A stretch of 64,000 nt of DNA. Origin: the human T2T-CHM13v2.0 reference genome, Homo sapiens. A model generated the notes under the pieces. The model worked only from the letters and a program-made list of their open reading frames with translations, did no database searches and was not told the DNA's origin. Position 1 is the stretch's first letter. Each line of letters begins with the position of its first letter. A program made the position numbers and the translations under genes. This document shows, piece by piece, positions 41,120 to 54,619 of this stretch. The stretch lies in assembly GCF_009914755.1 (NCBI RefSeq), contig NC_060937.1; one strand, 5' to 3'.

Positions 41120-43146
41120 ACGTAAGTTGTGGAAAGAGATGACATGTTTTGTTTGGAGTGTTACCAGGAGTTGTTAGGATCTTGGAAAGTCACAGCTTGC
41201 AGTAGCCCTGTTTGGCCGTAGCCCCCATAAAAGCAGGAGTATCTGTGTGGGGTGATGGAACCCTGACCCTAGGCGTCCTGGCACGGTGGTGCCTCTGCAT
41301 TCACGGTGACATCGCTCCTGGACACTTCGCCTCTGACACCTGCGGGGCCCCGGCCTGTTCCTTATAGGCTCATGCTTGAGTGTTTATCACGACTTAGCTT
41401 CCTTGTGTCTGTCACAGACAGTGCACTGTAGTGGTTTGTAGAAGTTCCTGGTGCAGGTAGCCCTGTTCCTTACGATTTCATGGAATGGGGACATTAGGAA
41501 TATTTGTTTCCTGATGGAGGGGTTCCTGGGTCTGTCAGGGTTAGAAGACCTCCTGATGATGAGCAGAACAGGGCAGGGAGAACTCTGTCTGGAAGGTCCA
41601 GGCCTGGGCTGGGCCCCCACCCTGCCTCCCATCCAGACAGAGTCCCAGGTGGGGCCTGTGGGCTGTGACTGCTGCAGGGATGGCATTAAAGGAGCCGAAG
41701 AGGACCTGGAAGCCCAGGAAGCTGGTGACGTGCCCCCTGCATCAGGCTGTGCATTAAGTCACCGCATTCAAAGGGTTTGTGTCCCCTTGATGGGCTCGTC
41801 TGCCTGGGGCTGGGGCTGCAGTGGGCTGGAAGTGCAGAGTCCTGCGTTCACACTGGATGGCTACTGAGGTGAATGGGACCCAGGCACGTTTTCTTATGGA
41901 ATGTCCACAGCCTGGTTGTTTATCCCAGAAGATCAGTAATAGTGACACCCTCTGACCATGAGCCAACCTCTTTCCTTAGCTCAGGGCGCTACCAGTCTGG
42001 GCTGGTAGAAGCCCCGACACTTGCCTCACTCGGATCCCTGGAGGAGGATTATATGGGCACTGGGGCAAGGCAGGGACATCTTGGCAGCCTCCCCACCGCA
42101 CGCTTTTCTTGCAAGTCCTTTGAACGGCACCTGCTCCTTAGCTGCTGCCTGGCAACTTTGAGGGTTTCAGTGAGATGGGGTGAGTGCTTCCCAGCCAGCA
42201 AAGTGCGTTGACAGTGGCTGGCTTGCCCCCCCTCCCCCCGCCCCGGCTCTGGAAGCTTCTCCCCCTGGGTCTTCCAGTCTCATGTCTGGACACAGACAGG
42301 AGAGGTGAGGAGGAGCAGCAGGGGTGGCCCGGGCAGTTCCTGTGACCTGGAGGCCTGGCAAGTTGTTCTGACGGCCAGGCCCATCCTCGGGGAGGCCTCT
42401 GAGGACGCCTGGAACCCCAGGCCCGCCCTGCCTTGTTTTCTGGTCCTGGCCTGGGGGGGTCGTGGTCTCGCTGGTGCAGCCTCCTCCGGGCAGGCCCCGC
42501 CTCTGCTCCCTTCCCCTCACTCCATCTGATTCGGCCCCGTTTCCTTGTCCACTCCACGTTCTTCTGAGCGTGTCTCTGGGACATGGTTAAGGTTAAGAAG
42601 CGGCCTCTGAACGAGGGAGAACGTACTGAAATTGCCTAAGTGAACTTCAAACACAGGAAGAAGCGCTCAGTCGATGTTCATGGTGAGAACGAGGGTTGAT
42701 CTTTTGAATGAGTCACGGGTTTGAGAGAGACCTAAGAACCATTCGATCTGAAAACTAGATTCACTTTGAACAAAATATCTCAGGTGCTAAATACTCCAGT
42801 TAGTGTAGGGAAATGTCTCTGAGAACGAAAGCTCTGACTGACCGGAGCCTGCTACAGTGGATCTGAAAGATGCTCACGAATAATTCTCGCTGCAGAGCTT
42901 AGTAAACCAACAATACAAACGATTTTCTGTAACGACCTCCCGTAAAGCAGCCACTCCCCTCACAGCGCTGAGCAGGCGTAACCGCCAGGGTCCTCCCCCT
43001 TCTGAAGCCGCGGCTTCCTTGCAGGCCGGTGTCCGGCGTTGATCCTTTAACTGACCATGGGCAGTTTTAGTTCACGAGTGTGGATTCTTGGGATACGGTC
43101 GGGGGCGGATCCCCCTGTCACGGGTTGTAGAAATTGACGCAGCGTT

Positions 43147-43266
43147 TTCCGATGTGCCCACCTGCTTGAGGAAGGAATAGTGGTGGAGACGGACTTCTTA
43201 TTCTTCAGATGTGCCCACCTGCTTGAGGAAGGAACGGTGGTGGAGACGGACTTCTTATTCTTCCGA
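43147..43266. repeat. 57-bp tandem duplication
   Basis: gatgtgcccacctgcttgaggaaggaa..gtggtggagacggacttcttattc twice. Confidence 0.93.
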
Positions 43267-43290
43267 CGAGGCAATCTCTGCCTCTCCATG

Positions 43291-43483
43291 CAAGGTCGTC
43301 CAACCTGCCTTATTTTGTTGTTTTTCTGTTTTCTTTTGTTTTAGGCTTTTAGCAGCCTGAAGCCATGGTTTTTCATTTCTGTCTCTAGTAATAAGCAGAA
43401 GAGGGATGAGTAAGGGGCTTTACTGGCCCAACCAGAAACAAAAAGTAAGAACCCAAAACTGTATTCTCTCCTTTGGACACCTG
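43291..43483 (+). mobile_element. Short non-autonomous hAT element (MER107-like)
   Basis: caagg.tgtccaacc.gccttattttgttg...ttaggcttttagcagcctgaagccatgg...ttggacac.ctg; gtccaa/ttggac inverted termini. Confidence 0.7.
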
Positions 43484-43866
43484 TGCTGGGGGGAGAAGCC
43501 CCTCACCCAGAGGCTGTCACAGGGCATTCCTGGGACCCTCTCTTTCCCAGACTGTCCTCCTTGCAGAGCTGCGTCCAGAAGGTGCGTCCCGGCTGAATCT
43601 ATATTGCAGCCTCAGGTCAGTGACTGGCCCGGCAGTGTCTTCTGGGGTCAGGGTCCTTGCAGGACCACCGTCACATGCTTGCATCCGTCTCCCTGTAAGG
43701 GAAGGGGAAGGGGGAGGGTTTCCCTCATTGGCTTCTGCCCACCCCCCAGGATGGGGGCAGAAGCACCTGAGGGAGTCTGCCTCTTCCCTCCATATTCACT
43801 GTGCTGAAAGCTGCAGCAGGTGCCCAGTTCTGCAGGAAACAGGCTTTGAACATGGATTCCTGTGAG

Positions 43867-44638
43867 GAGGATGTGGGAGTGCCTGGGGCCACTGTGGGAA
43901 GGTGGGGAGGATGTGGGGGCGTTGGGGGCCCCTGTGGGAAGGTGGGGAGGATGTGGGGGTGTTGGGGGCCCCTGTGGGAAGGTGGGGAGGATGTGGGGGC
44001 GTTGGGGGCCCCTGTGGGAAGGTGGGGAGATGTGGGGGTGTTGGGGGCCCCTGTGGGAAGGTGGGGAGGGTGTGGGAGTGCTGGGGGCCCCTGTGGGAAG
44101 GTGGGGAGGATGTGGGGGTGTTGGGGGCCCCTGTGGGAAGGTGGGGAGATGTGGGGGTGTTGGGGGCCCCTGTGGGAAGGTGGGGAGGGTGTGGGGGTGT
44201 TGGGGGCCACTGTGGGAAGGTGGGGAGGATGTGGGGGCGTTGGGGGCCCCTGTGGAAAGGTGGGGAGATGTGGGGGTGTTGGGGGCCCCTGTGGGAAGGT
44301 GGGGAGGGTGTGGGAGTGCTGGGGGCCCCTGTGGGAAGGTGGGGAGGATGTGGGGGCGTTGGGGGCCCCTGTGGGAAGGTGGGGAGATGTGGGGGTGTTG
44401 GGGGCCCCTGTGGGAAGGTGGGGAGGGTGTGGGGGTGTTGGGGGCCACTGTGGGAAGGTGGGGAGGATGTGGGGGCGTTGGGGGCCCCTGTGGAAAGGTG
44501 GGGAGATGTGGGGGTGTTGGGGGCCCCTGTGGGAAGGTGGGGAGGGTGTGGGAGTGCTGGGAGCCCCCGTGGAAAGGTGGGGAGGATGTAGGGGTATCGG
44601 GGGCCCCTGTGGGAAGGTAGGGAGGATGTGGGGGTGCT
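43867..44638. repeat. 39/40-bp G-rich VNTR, ~19.5 copies
   Basis: gaggatgtgggggcgttgggggcccctgtgggaaggtggg and variants. Confidence 0.97.
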
Positions 44639-47600
44639 GTTGGGAGCCTGGCTATTTGCCTAACCACAGAATATCTGTGACTGTCTGATCATCTGCACAT
44701 AATTGGCTTTTGAAAGGGGTGTGTGACTCTTTTACTCTGAAGAGAGGACATTCTTCTGATACCCAGTCTCACAATAAAAAGTTGCTACCTTTACTTTCCC
44801 CGCTTGGCCAATGATATCAGTAGCCACACTGCAAACTCTGAAGTCTCTCAGAGCTCTAGTCTAGGACTCCAGAGCGTGAGTGCATCTGTGGTGGTGGGCT
44901 TGACCTGAGGCTCATCCTTGTCACCTGCTCGGTGGCAGTGCCTGCGTGCAGACCCCTCGCAGCACTCAGGTGTGGCCCGTGGACTTGTGGTTTCGCTGCT
45001 GGCTGGGGAACCCCCTCCGGCTCCTCACTTCCCCACCAAGCGCTGGTCACAGAAACGCCCTTCTCTGGTCACTGCTCTCTGGCCTGGCTTGGTGGTGGCT
45101 TTGGTGGCAGCCCCGTCACCCCTGGGATCCGTGTCCTCCTGTTTCTTTCGTTTCTCCTGAAGGTTTTCCAAGTGCCTGTTTGCTTCTGGGAATTTCCTCT
45201 CTGCCTTCCTCCGACTTCCTCGTAGCCGTTCTTTTATTCCGGCCTCCCAAGATTGCGTGGAGCCCGGCCACTGCCAGGGCGGCCCTGTGATGAGCTACAT
45301 GGGACACAAGAGGCAGCCCCAGGCGCCCGCCTCCACCTCTACCAGCAGCGTCTTCGCTTTCACTTCTGCCTTCTGCGGCGTCTTCCTCTGTGGAGTTGGC
45401 GTCGGCCACTGGCTGTGGGGCAACCTCAGCCTCTCCAGCGGACGCTGCACCATCCCTATGGTGGAGTCTCAGCTTTGGGGATCCAGGGTGCCTGCCGGAT
45501 TTCAGACAGCGCATTCACAGACTGTCGCCAGCTGAGCCGCCCTGGTGTCTGGAGTTGTTCTGTGTATGCTGTTATCCAGTTACTGACTCGCAGTCCTGCA
45601 GTTGTCTTCATTAGATATATATTCAATATTTTGGAAATATGCCTACAATGCATTCGTTGTCTCGGCCAGTGGCTCGTGACCCTCTGCACTTGGAAGGTAT
45701 ATAATTTCCGTTGCTTAAAAGGCGACACGTATACTAACATGTTTGTTTGTGAATTGGGATATGCTTGCTTAGTTTTCTGGCTAATTCATCTTTAGAAGGA
45801 GGGACTCAGTCGTGGGGAATAAACGCAGCGACCCCTCGGTGTTCCCGCTGGGCTCGTGGGTGACGCAGTGTTTTCCGGTGGCTTGGGAAGAATCTGGAGG
45901 TCGGGTGCTGAGGCTTGAGCGTCTCTCCTGTAGGTTGGTTTCGCCCGGTCCTCAGGGCGGAGTTGCTGCTCATTCTCATGCTGGGCCTGTTTTCCGATTC
46001 CTGGTGCTCTCTTGTCTTCACCTGCAGTTCACTTGCGGGCAGTGGAGGCTGCACTGTGACGTTAGTAACTGTGAAGGTGTGACCCATGGTGGAAAGTTGG
46101 TTATGTCTGTGATTGATGGGGAGGTGTTTGTGGTCGGGGGTGGAACTGCTATGGGGGGAAGGTTTGCAAGTCGGGAGACGGGAGCAATGACAGGGCCCCA
46201 TGGGCTGCCCCCCGGCTCCTCCTTCCAGGCTCCTACCCTTCCCCATGCCCGGCCTCCCCCACTTGCCTTTCTCTTCTTGAGTCAGCACCACTACTCACAC
46301 CCCTGAGCGTGTGCCAGGGCTGAGCTCCAAACCGGGCACAGGACCTCCCGGCCCCACGGCGTGCCTGCAGCCCCGCCCTCCTCTCTGAGGCTCAGAGGCA
46401 CAGCAGGTGCAGCACAGCCTTGGCCCTGAGGCTCCCAGCATGGTTGTCCCGGCCAGTGGCTTGTGACTCTCTGCCCGCTGCGTTTGGGGGTGAACTGAAG
46501 GAGCCCGTGACCCGGGTCCCTGGCAGCTGTGGCCTCTTTGCTGCGCTTCCTCTTTGGCCAGAGCCAAAACCAGGTTCTCTTCTGCACACTGGAGCAGGGA
46601 CCTTGGCCTCAAATTCTAATGCCTGAGTTTATAGTTCTCCCAACTTCCCCAGAGCCGGCCCATAGCTCAGTCATGTGAACCTCGACACCACCCTGGTTTT
46701 CCAGGTGAGATGAGCCTCAGTGACAGGCAGAAACACGTGGCCATGAGGAATGCACCAGCCTGAGTCTAAGGGAAAGCTGCCGATTTCTAGCACTGATTTG
46801 CAGAGGGGTGGGCGAGCCTGCCCAGTGCCCTGTGGTGAAGAGGAGTCTCTGTCCTGAGAGAGGCACCGTGAAGGCACCGTGCTGAGGCCAGCCTCAGAGC
46901 CGCGGGGAAGCCAGGTCTGTCTGATCGCTTCCCAGCACTTCCCGTGCCATCCCACGCGGCTGTAAATGGACACACGTTAGCCACAGCTGCTGCTTCACAG
47001 GCAGCCTGGTCAGAAACGTACTCCTGTCGAAAATGGAGGGTGAATCGCATGAAATCAGCGTTACGTTTGCTCCTGCTGCATTTCATGAGTCCAGCGGAGT
47101 CTGTTCCAACTGCACCCCCCAATCCTGGACGTGCTGTGGGCTCCAAGCGATGCTTTGGTCGCCGGCTCTTTTCCTCTGTGTCTCGACTCTTAGGAAGCTC
47201 TGTGTTTCTTCCCACTGTTGTGAACTATCAGAATTAGGCAATCCAGAGTAGGCCAAGAATGATTTGGGGTGAGAATTTATATTTTTATTTCAGTTCTGGA
47301 CCCAGTAAACTATGGTCTAGGTCCGCTGGCACCCCACATTTCCCAGGTCGACTGTGTTTCCAGATCAAAGGGATGTCCCTGTGCTTTTGTGGATCATTGT
47401 GACCCAAGTGATTTTGTGCAAAAAATATCTTCATGGCAGGAGAATGCCACTGAGAGCCTTGAAAATACCTGAGATTTGTTTGAGGAAGAAAAGAAAAAAG
47501 GAAGGAGAGAAATCCAGTCGTTACCATGAGTGTGACGAGAGTGGGGAGAACCAGTGGAGCTTCTGATCCTGTCCCAGCAGATGCCAGTGGCTCGGACCAA

Positions 47601-48851
47601 GGAGGACAGAGGGATGGGCGTGCCCACGTGAAGCCTCACCCCAGACCCCAGACCCTGCTTACATGCCGGGACGAAGGTGGGAGAGAACCGTGCATCTCAG
47701 CACGGCGGTGGAAACGCGGTCCACCTGCGGAGGGCCTGTTTGCGTTTATTACACCCGAGCAAGGCCCGCACGCCCACCAGAGGGGCCAGGGTGCCCCTGG
47801 GAGCCGCTGAGAGACGGGGGAGGCACAGGCTCCACGCGCCGCTTCCCTGGACTGCGAGGAGGCGGGGATGGCGAGTCAGGAGGAAGCCTATTTTTAGAAA
47901 CGCTTAAGTGCCCACGATCTTCTGACCATCAAACAAGAAACGTTGCTGTTTGAAGCTATACATGGACGGCAGAACAAGAAGTGGCTGTGTCACTGGATAC
48001 CTGTACATTTGAATACCGGCCATTAGGGAGAATCGCCCTGTAAACATTGATCCAGTGATTGAGGCCGGTCGGCTTGCTTCTGTTCTGCCCCGCGGTGTAA
48101 TTCAGCTAATAGGTTTTGTTTGTCTCAGCTGAAATGTGAAACTTCCATTAGGTGTCTAACCCTGGCTAAAAGTGGTTTTCAGCCTATTTTTAAAAAATCT
48201 CCTTTGTCCCTGCATGCATTCTAACCCCATTCTAACCTGATGCGGGCAGCCACAACCCAGGCCCTAACAGAGTTCATGGTAAGGATGGTGAAGGCGTGAC
48301 CCACGGTGGAAAGTTGGTTATTTTGGGTAATCCAGCGATTTTCTGATTGAACTTCGAATGCGGAAACATCTTGCCCTTACTGGGGCAACGAGGGGAGGCA
48401 AGGCGTGCGCCAGGCAGAGACACCTTGGAATCCCACCCAGCCCAGATGTGTCTCCTGGGTTCTGGGACGGGCGCAGGTGACTGTATTTGCGCTGGTGGGA
48501 GGAGTTGCCCCCTTGGTTAAATCCGGAGGACACAGCTGCATGGTGCTTGCCCTCAGCCGTTTCTCTCTTCTTACTTTGAGAATAATCTCTTTTTTTTCTA
48601 GTTTCTCTTTTCTTAGGCATACTCCTTTGGAAACTTACTGGGCTCACTTTTACCCACTATGAGACCCTATCTGTCATGAGTAGTGCAAGGTTAGAGATAA
48701 CCAGGTCCACATGCACTTGTGTCTTTCTGTAGCGTGAGGCCTTTGTTGACGTTATTTCAGTCACAAAAGCCGGGAACTGCTGGTGCTTCCCGTCACTCGG
48801 GTAGTCCCAGCCGCGGGCACGCAGGCTCAAGCCACTCCTCACATCAGTCAA

Positions 48852-49287
48852 TGTTGTAAACCATAGTAATAGTATACCTAATCAATACATAAATGTTATA
48901 AACACTCCACAACAAACAAAGTAACATTTAATATCAAGAGAAAAAGGGAGATAGGAGGAAACGTTAATGAACCAGTCCGGTGGGGAGTGAAGCAGACACC
49001 GGGAGCCCTGGGCTGGGCGGGGTGGTCCGTGGTCTTACGAGGAGGACTCAGGTGGCAGAGCCTGCGGGGCAGATGCCAAGTTCTTATCACAAGTGACTGC
49101 GAGGCGGCAGCGGCTGAGGCAGAGTCCTCCCATGAGAACTGAGTGCTTTTTGTGTCCTTACCTGGTTGGATACTGTCCTATTTTTTTTAATTTGTTTATT
49201 AAGCAAATCACCTTATCTTTGTTGGCAAAGTGCCCTATGAAATGTAAAACAAAGTCTTTTTCTAAGACGGAGTTTATTATGTCAACA
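48852..49287 (-). mobile_element. Probable ERV1-class solo LTR, subfamily unassigned
   Basis: tgttg...caaca inverted termini; reverse strand starts tgttgacataataaactccgtcttagaaaaagact; AT-rich relative to flanks. Confidence 0.5.
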
Positions 49288-49489
49288 GTGCTCTATATAC
49301 TATATATAAAAACTAAACTTTAAAAATGTTGCTGACACGAAAATTGAGAGAAGCCTACGTTTGTGCAGAAGATGGGCAGGTAGAAGGTTCCAGCGGTGAG
49401 GGGTGCTGACCTGGAGCGGCTGCGGTGGGGCCATGTGGCTGGAAGCAGGGCAGTGAGCAGTGCTCAGCCTGTCGCGAGTGTGTAGGAAG

Positions 49490-49990
49490 AGAGCTTTGTT
49501 GAAATATAACTTACATATCATAAAATCACCCACTTAAACAATTTGATGAGTTTTATTATATTTACCAAGCTACACAACATCACCACAATCTAATTTTAAA
49601 ACATTTTCATCACCCTCAAATGAAACCCCGTGCCCAGTACCAGGTGCTCCCAAGCCCTGTCCCCAGCTCCCCTCCCGTCATGCCCCAGCCCAGCCCTGGG
49701 CAGCTGCTAATGCACCTTCTGTTGCCCGCAGATTTGCCCGTGTGGACGCTTCTCGTGGATGGAGTCAAGCAGCCTGGGGCTTTGTGACTGGCTCTGCCAC
49801 TTGGCGGGGTCACCCCGCATTTCCCTGGTGACTAAGGGTGCTCTGCGTCCTCTCCTGGGCTTGTTGGCCATTTGCAGGTCTCTAGAGAAATTCCGCCTTG
49901 TCTTTTCTATTTTTGAGTTTGAATCATTCTGTATATATTCCAGGTACAATCTCTAATTGTTTATGATTGGCATCTGATCACGGATGCTCC
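49490..49990 (-). mobile_element. L1MB-type 3' end fragment
   Basis: gctttgttgaaatataacttacata.cataaaatcaccc, caacatcaccacaatctaatttt.aaacattttcatcacc. Confidence 0.75.
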
Positions 49991-52649
49991 ATGTAGGGAA
50001 TGGCTCTGCCATGAAAGCCCAAGAACCCTGAGTGTGTCCACGTGGGCCATACAGGGAAGGCCTGGTCCATGGTGATCTCTGTCTGGGAGGGACTCAGGAG
50101 CCTCCCAGAGCCCCGAGGGCTGTGGCCTGTGAGGTGCTCCCTTGTGCCATGGCCCATCCATCTCTCTCCCCAGAGGGTGCCATGAGGCTGTTTCTCATCG
50201 CCTCTGGGTTCTGATGAGCTGTGGCGCCTCCTGCCCTGCCCTGCCCTGCCCTGCCCCACCATCGCCACCCTCAGAACAGAGTGCAGGCTGTAAACCGCTT
50301 AGTGGTGGCCTGGATTGGCCTGCAGCAGTTTGCGTGGTGTCACCCTGCCCTTCTGTTTTCATGTATTTTAATTTATTTGCTGCTTAATCTGAGCAAAGGA
50401 AATGCCGCCTCTCTCTGTATCGACCAAACCCACCATGGCTTTCTCTTCCCACGGGTGAGTCTTGCTTTCCCGAGCTGTACGGGTCCCAAGCCGATGCCAG
50501 GCATTCAGCCAGTGGCCAGGAGTCCTTCCCCACTCTCCCTGCCCTCTGAAAGAGCAAATGAAGGGAATCCTTGAACCTCTGGGAAGCTGTAGCCCTTTTG
50601 TAAATGTGCAGCCCTGTGGTGGATGGGGGTCCCAGGAAAGGCCCAGGGCTTTGTCTGCAGAAACAGCTTTTTCCTGTGCTCTTTTGGGTAACTGGTCCTT
50701 CCTCAACACTGTTGATAGCAGCTGTGGCGCTGGGCTCCATGCAGCCTGCAGCAGAACAGGGTGTTTTTAGTCGTGGTGCCCTCTGTGTGGCACCTGCCAA
50801 CGCCCCGCGTGTGTGAGTGGCGATCTGCGTCTGTGGGTGACGCGCATCACGGGGTGTGGAGAGGTGCACCTGTGCGGGATTTCCACGCCACCTCCACCCT
50901 CCACCCTCCACCCTCCACCCCACCTCGTGCCTTCCCAGGGAAGTCCTGCCTGTGCCTCTGCTGCCTTGGGAAGAGAAGGGGTCCCGGAGGAACTCACAGA
51001 GCGGTGGAAGGCATCAAAGAACCTCAGCTCCTCAAACACAGTGCCCGCTGCCTCCCTGCTTCCCGTCCACCTCACGGGGAACTAGGAATTCCCTCCTGTG
51101 TCTGGCGGAGAGAGAACCTGGCTAAGCATTGCGGCCGAAGGTTGCAGCCTCCTAGGAAATGTCCAATACAAAGGATAGACTGCAGGCTATTTTGATTTTA
51201 CTCATTTTTTAACAGAACTTTTATGAAAGCAGATTTTACTTGGGTCTGGTGCCAGGATTTGTCTTTACTTGTCACATCAGCTGATGCCTCCCAGGTTTCG
51301 TAAGTCATCTGTTCTAAACTGGAAGCCAGGTGTCTTACATCAAAGCTTCCGGTATCTCCAGTTGCAGAAATTAGAAGAGGGTGGTTGAGGACCATGTCTT
51401 CCTGGGTGACGCCCTTGAGAAGATGTCACACCTGGGCCCTGTTTATTATATTTGGAGAAATGGGAGACGATGATACTTTAGAGGAACACAGATCCCATTC
51501 CAGCAACTATTTTAATCAGGGACTCTCAGGGGAGGGTGAGATTCCAACTTACAAATTGCAAATGTGCGATGTGCTGCACCCACTCACAAAAGACGTGTAC
51601 CAGATCACAGTTGCGGCTCATTTCAAGGTAAAGCAGCCCTGAAAGACATGCAGAACCAGAGCGGTTGCAAGACCCAGACTGAGCAGACAGGGGAGGCTTC
51701 GCCTTCCTGTGTTTGCATGCACAGCCCGGACTGCATGGTGACTTACAGTGTATTTCTCATCCCAGGTCACAGTCTCAGAGTGTGAGAGCCCTGGGTCTCT
51801 GGGTCAGGTCTGAATGAACGCTCTTTCCTATGGGCCTTTTCCTGTCACTGCCCTGTGTATGTCAGACTGGCTAAGCAACACACATGTCTACCGGCATCGG
51901 TGAAAAGCGTCGTTGGCGTGCGAGGCTGTGTGTCTGAGCAGCTCCTCCCACCTTCCCCCGTCACGGGAGCCGCAGAGTTGCAAGACCCTGGGGAATGGAG
52001 GCTTTGTTGTTCGGTGGGTCCCACTTCATCGGGGTAGGCAGCAAGGCCAGCGGGCTGCAGCGTGTGCCTCGGATGTGGCGTCTGAGGGACAGCGAGTGGG
52101 TTGCCCGCAGGGGCCTTGCTTGCACTGGCTTAGAGAGCTAACAGCGTTTGGTGGGACTCAGTTTATCGTTCTTTCCCTGCTTTGAGGCAGGCCCTTGATG
52201 TGCAGGTGAAGTGCCCGTGGGCTGGCCGCGTAGCTTCCAGGTGTTTCTTCTTCCAGTGGGGTTGGCAGAACACGGCGTGAAGCTCTGCTGTGAAGATGCC
52301 GAAAACAGCGCCCCTCTCTGCTGAAGGGCTCGTTATCCGACTCTGCCTTAGCCCCGTCCTCTTCCTTCCTACCACACAGCGGGAGGCATGGGATGCACAC
52401 AGGCGGGCTTCCACAGTCGGGGGGCCGCTGACAGGAGGAACCCCTCCCAGCAGCTTCAGGGTGCTTTTGGCCCAGCAGCCTGGGGCCTCCAGGACATGCC
52501 TCCTCTAAAGGGGTGTTAGGTAACTGCAGTTTTCTCCTCTCCTACTTACCGTTGCCAGAGTTTTTAAAAAGAAGGAGGCGAATACTTTCAAATGACTTAT
52601 ATAAAAATCTATATTTTAAATTTATTTCTGTAAGAAAAAAATTGGTTGG

Positions 52650-52740
52650 TACAAATATAGCAAAAATGTTAACATTTGTGAGATCTGGGTGATTTATTTC
52701 CTTACTCCAGTTTTCTGCACGTTTGAATTATTTCATAATG
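52650..52740 (+). mobile_element. Old L1MC/ME extreme 3' fragment
   Basis: gcaaaaatgttaacattt..gatctgggtga...ttttctgcacgtttgaattatttcataat. Confidence 0.5.
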
Positions 52741-53618
52741 CCCCCCCCCGCCTGTAAGTGGGTGTATCTGGAGAGGTGTCATCCTTCCTGAAGAGGGACA
52801 GTGGCTGAGCCACTTGTGACCAGGGAAGCCCAGCCCACACCTCCACGGCCCTGGCGCAGGGCGGGCGCGACTTAGTTCACGACAACCTAGTTTCTGCCCC
52901 CAGTTCCAACTTGGGGTCAGCCAGAGAACAGCAAGTACGCCCCCGTCCCCTTCTCCCCTTGCCAGCCCCACAGGCTGCTGCGCCTCCCGGGCGTGAGCCC
53001 ACGCCGTCAGGCCCACAGCTGCCCTCCCAGCCCTCTTCCCCGGACCCCTTCCCGCCTCCCTGGCCCGGCTGGAGTCCCTGGGAGCCCGTGGAGGCGGCTG
53101 ACCTGCAGGCTCGGAGTCCGTGGCTGCTGCTGCTTGTTCCAGTGGCTGTCGTTTGTTTCCACGGGGATTCATGTTGACATCTGTTACTCGTCCTCAAGTG
53201 AGCCCGTCTGCATGAAGGCACACCTTGGGGCTGCTGAGTCAGCCACATCCTTGACAGTTCCCCACAGCCCCTGTAGTGTGTCCTGTGTGTGAGCAAAAGT
53301 TCAGGCCAGATCCCAGACCCTCCTTCCATCCCCGGACTGGGCGCATTGGAGCAAATTCCTCCATGCTGCCTGCTCCGTCCTCTCCCTTGCCCTGTTCCTT
53401 TCCATGCTTTATTAACGGGGAAATGTGGGGAGGGTCAGAGGGCCAGTGAGGCCAGTGCTGCCCCTCAAAAGGCAGGTGTCTGTGCTGCGTGACACTGAAC
53501 GCTGCCTAAACCATCTGGATAATTGATCGGGTGTGAGTTTGCACGCTGTGCTCCGGCCTGCCTGGCGATGGTTCTGGGTTTGGTGTTGCGCTCTGTCAAG
53601 TAGGAAGTGATAGTAAAT

Positions 53619-53925
53619 TCTATTTTATTTATTTATTTTTTTGAGACAGAGTCTCAATCTGTCGTCCAGGCTGAAATGCAGTGGCACTGTCCTGGCTCAC
53701 TGCAACCTCCACCTCCCAGGTTCAAGCCATCCTCCTTGCCTCAGCCCCCCAAGTAGCTGGGACTACAGGCATGTGCCACCACTCCTGCCTAATTTTTGTA
53801 TTTTTAGTAGAGACGAGGTTTCGCCATATTGGCCAGGCTGGTTTCAAACTCCTGACCTCAGGTGATCCACCCACCTTGGCCTCCCAGAGTGCTGGGATTA
53901 CAGGCTTGAGCCCCCGCGACCAGCC
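53619..53925 (-). mobile_element. Alu (AluS)
   Basis: Full-length Alu body. Confidence 0.94.
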
Positions 53926-54309
53926 GAGATGACCTGTCGGGTGAGAGGCTTCAGCTCCTGGCCTGAGATTAATATCTGACCAAATGCTGTGGTGCACACT
54001 GAGAGTGTCGCATCGTAGATCTTCTGAAACGCAGCGTCTCGCCCCTTGAGCCTCTCTGCACCGCGGGTTTGGAGTTCATGCTCCTGTGGCAGTGGCCTCA
54101 GGGGTGTTTGCTCCTTAGGGAAATTTTCCTCGACCACTGAACACAGGTCCTGGGCACCTGTCAGAAAGCCACACTGCCAGGCACCACCAAGCTCAGGCGC
54201 TGGCACCTGTCAGAAAGCCACACTGCCAGGCATGTGCACAAAGACTGTGTGTTTTCAGGCAGCAGTGGATCAATCCCAAATGTCAAAACTATCTTTAAAA
54301 AAATAACTA

Positions 54310-54619
<310 letters not shown>

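Noticed and set aside
43648-44688. Pro-rich and Gly-rich ORFs of 160-340 aa
   Set aside because: Translations of the G-rich VNTR on both strands.
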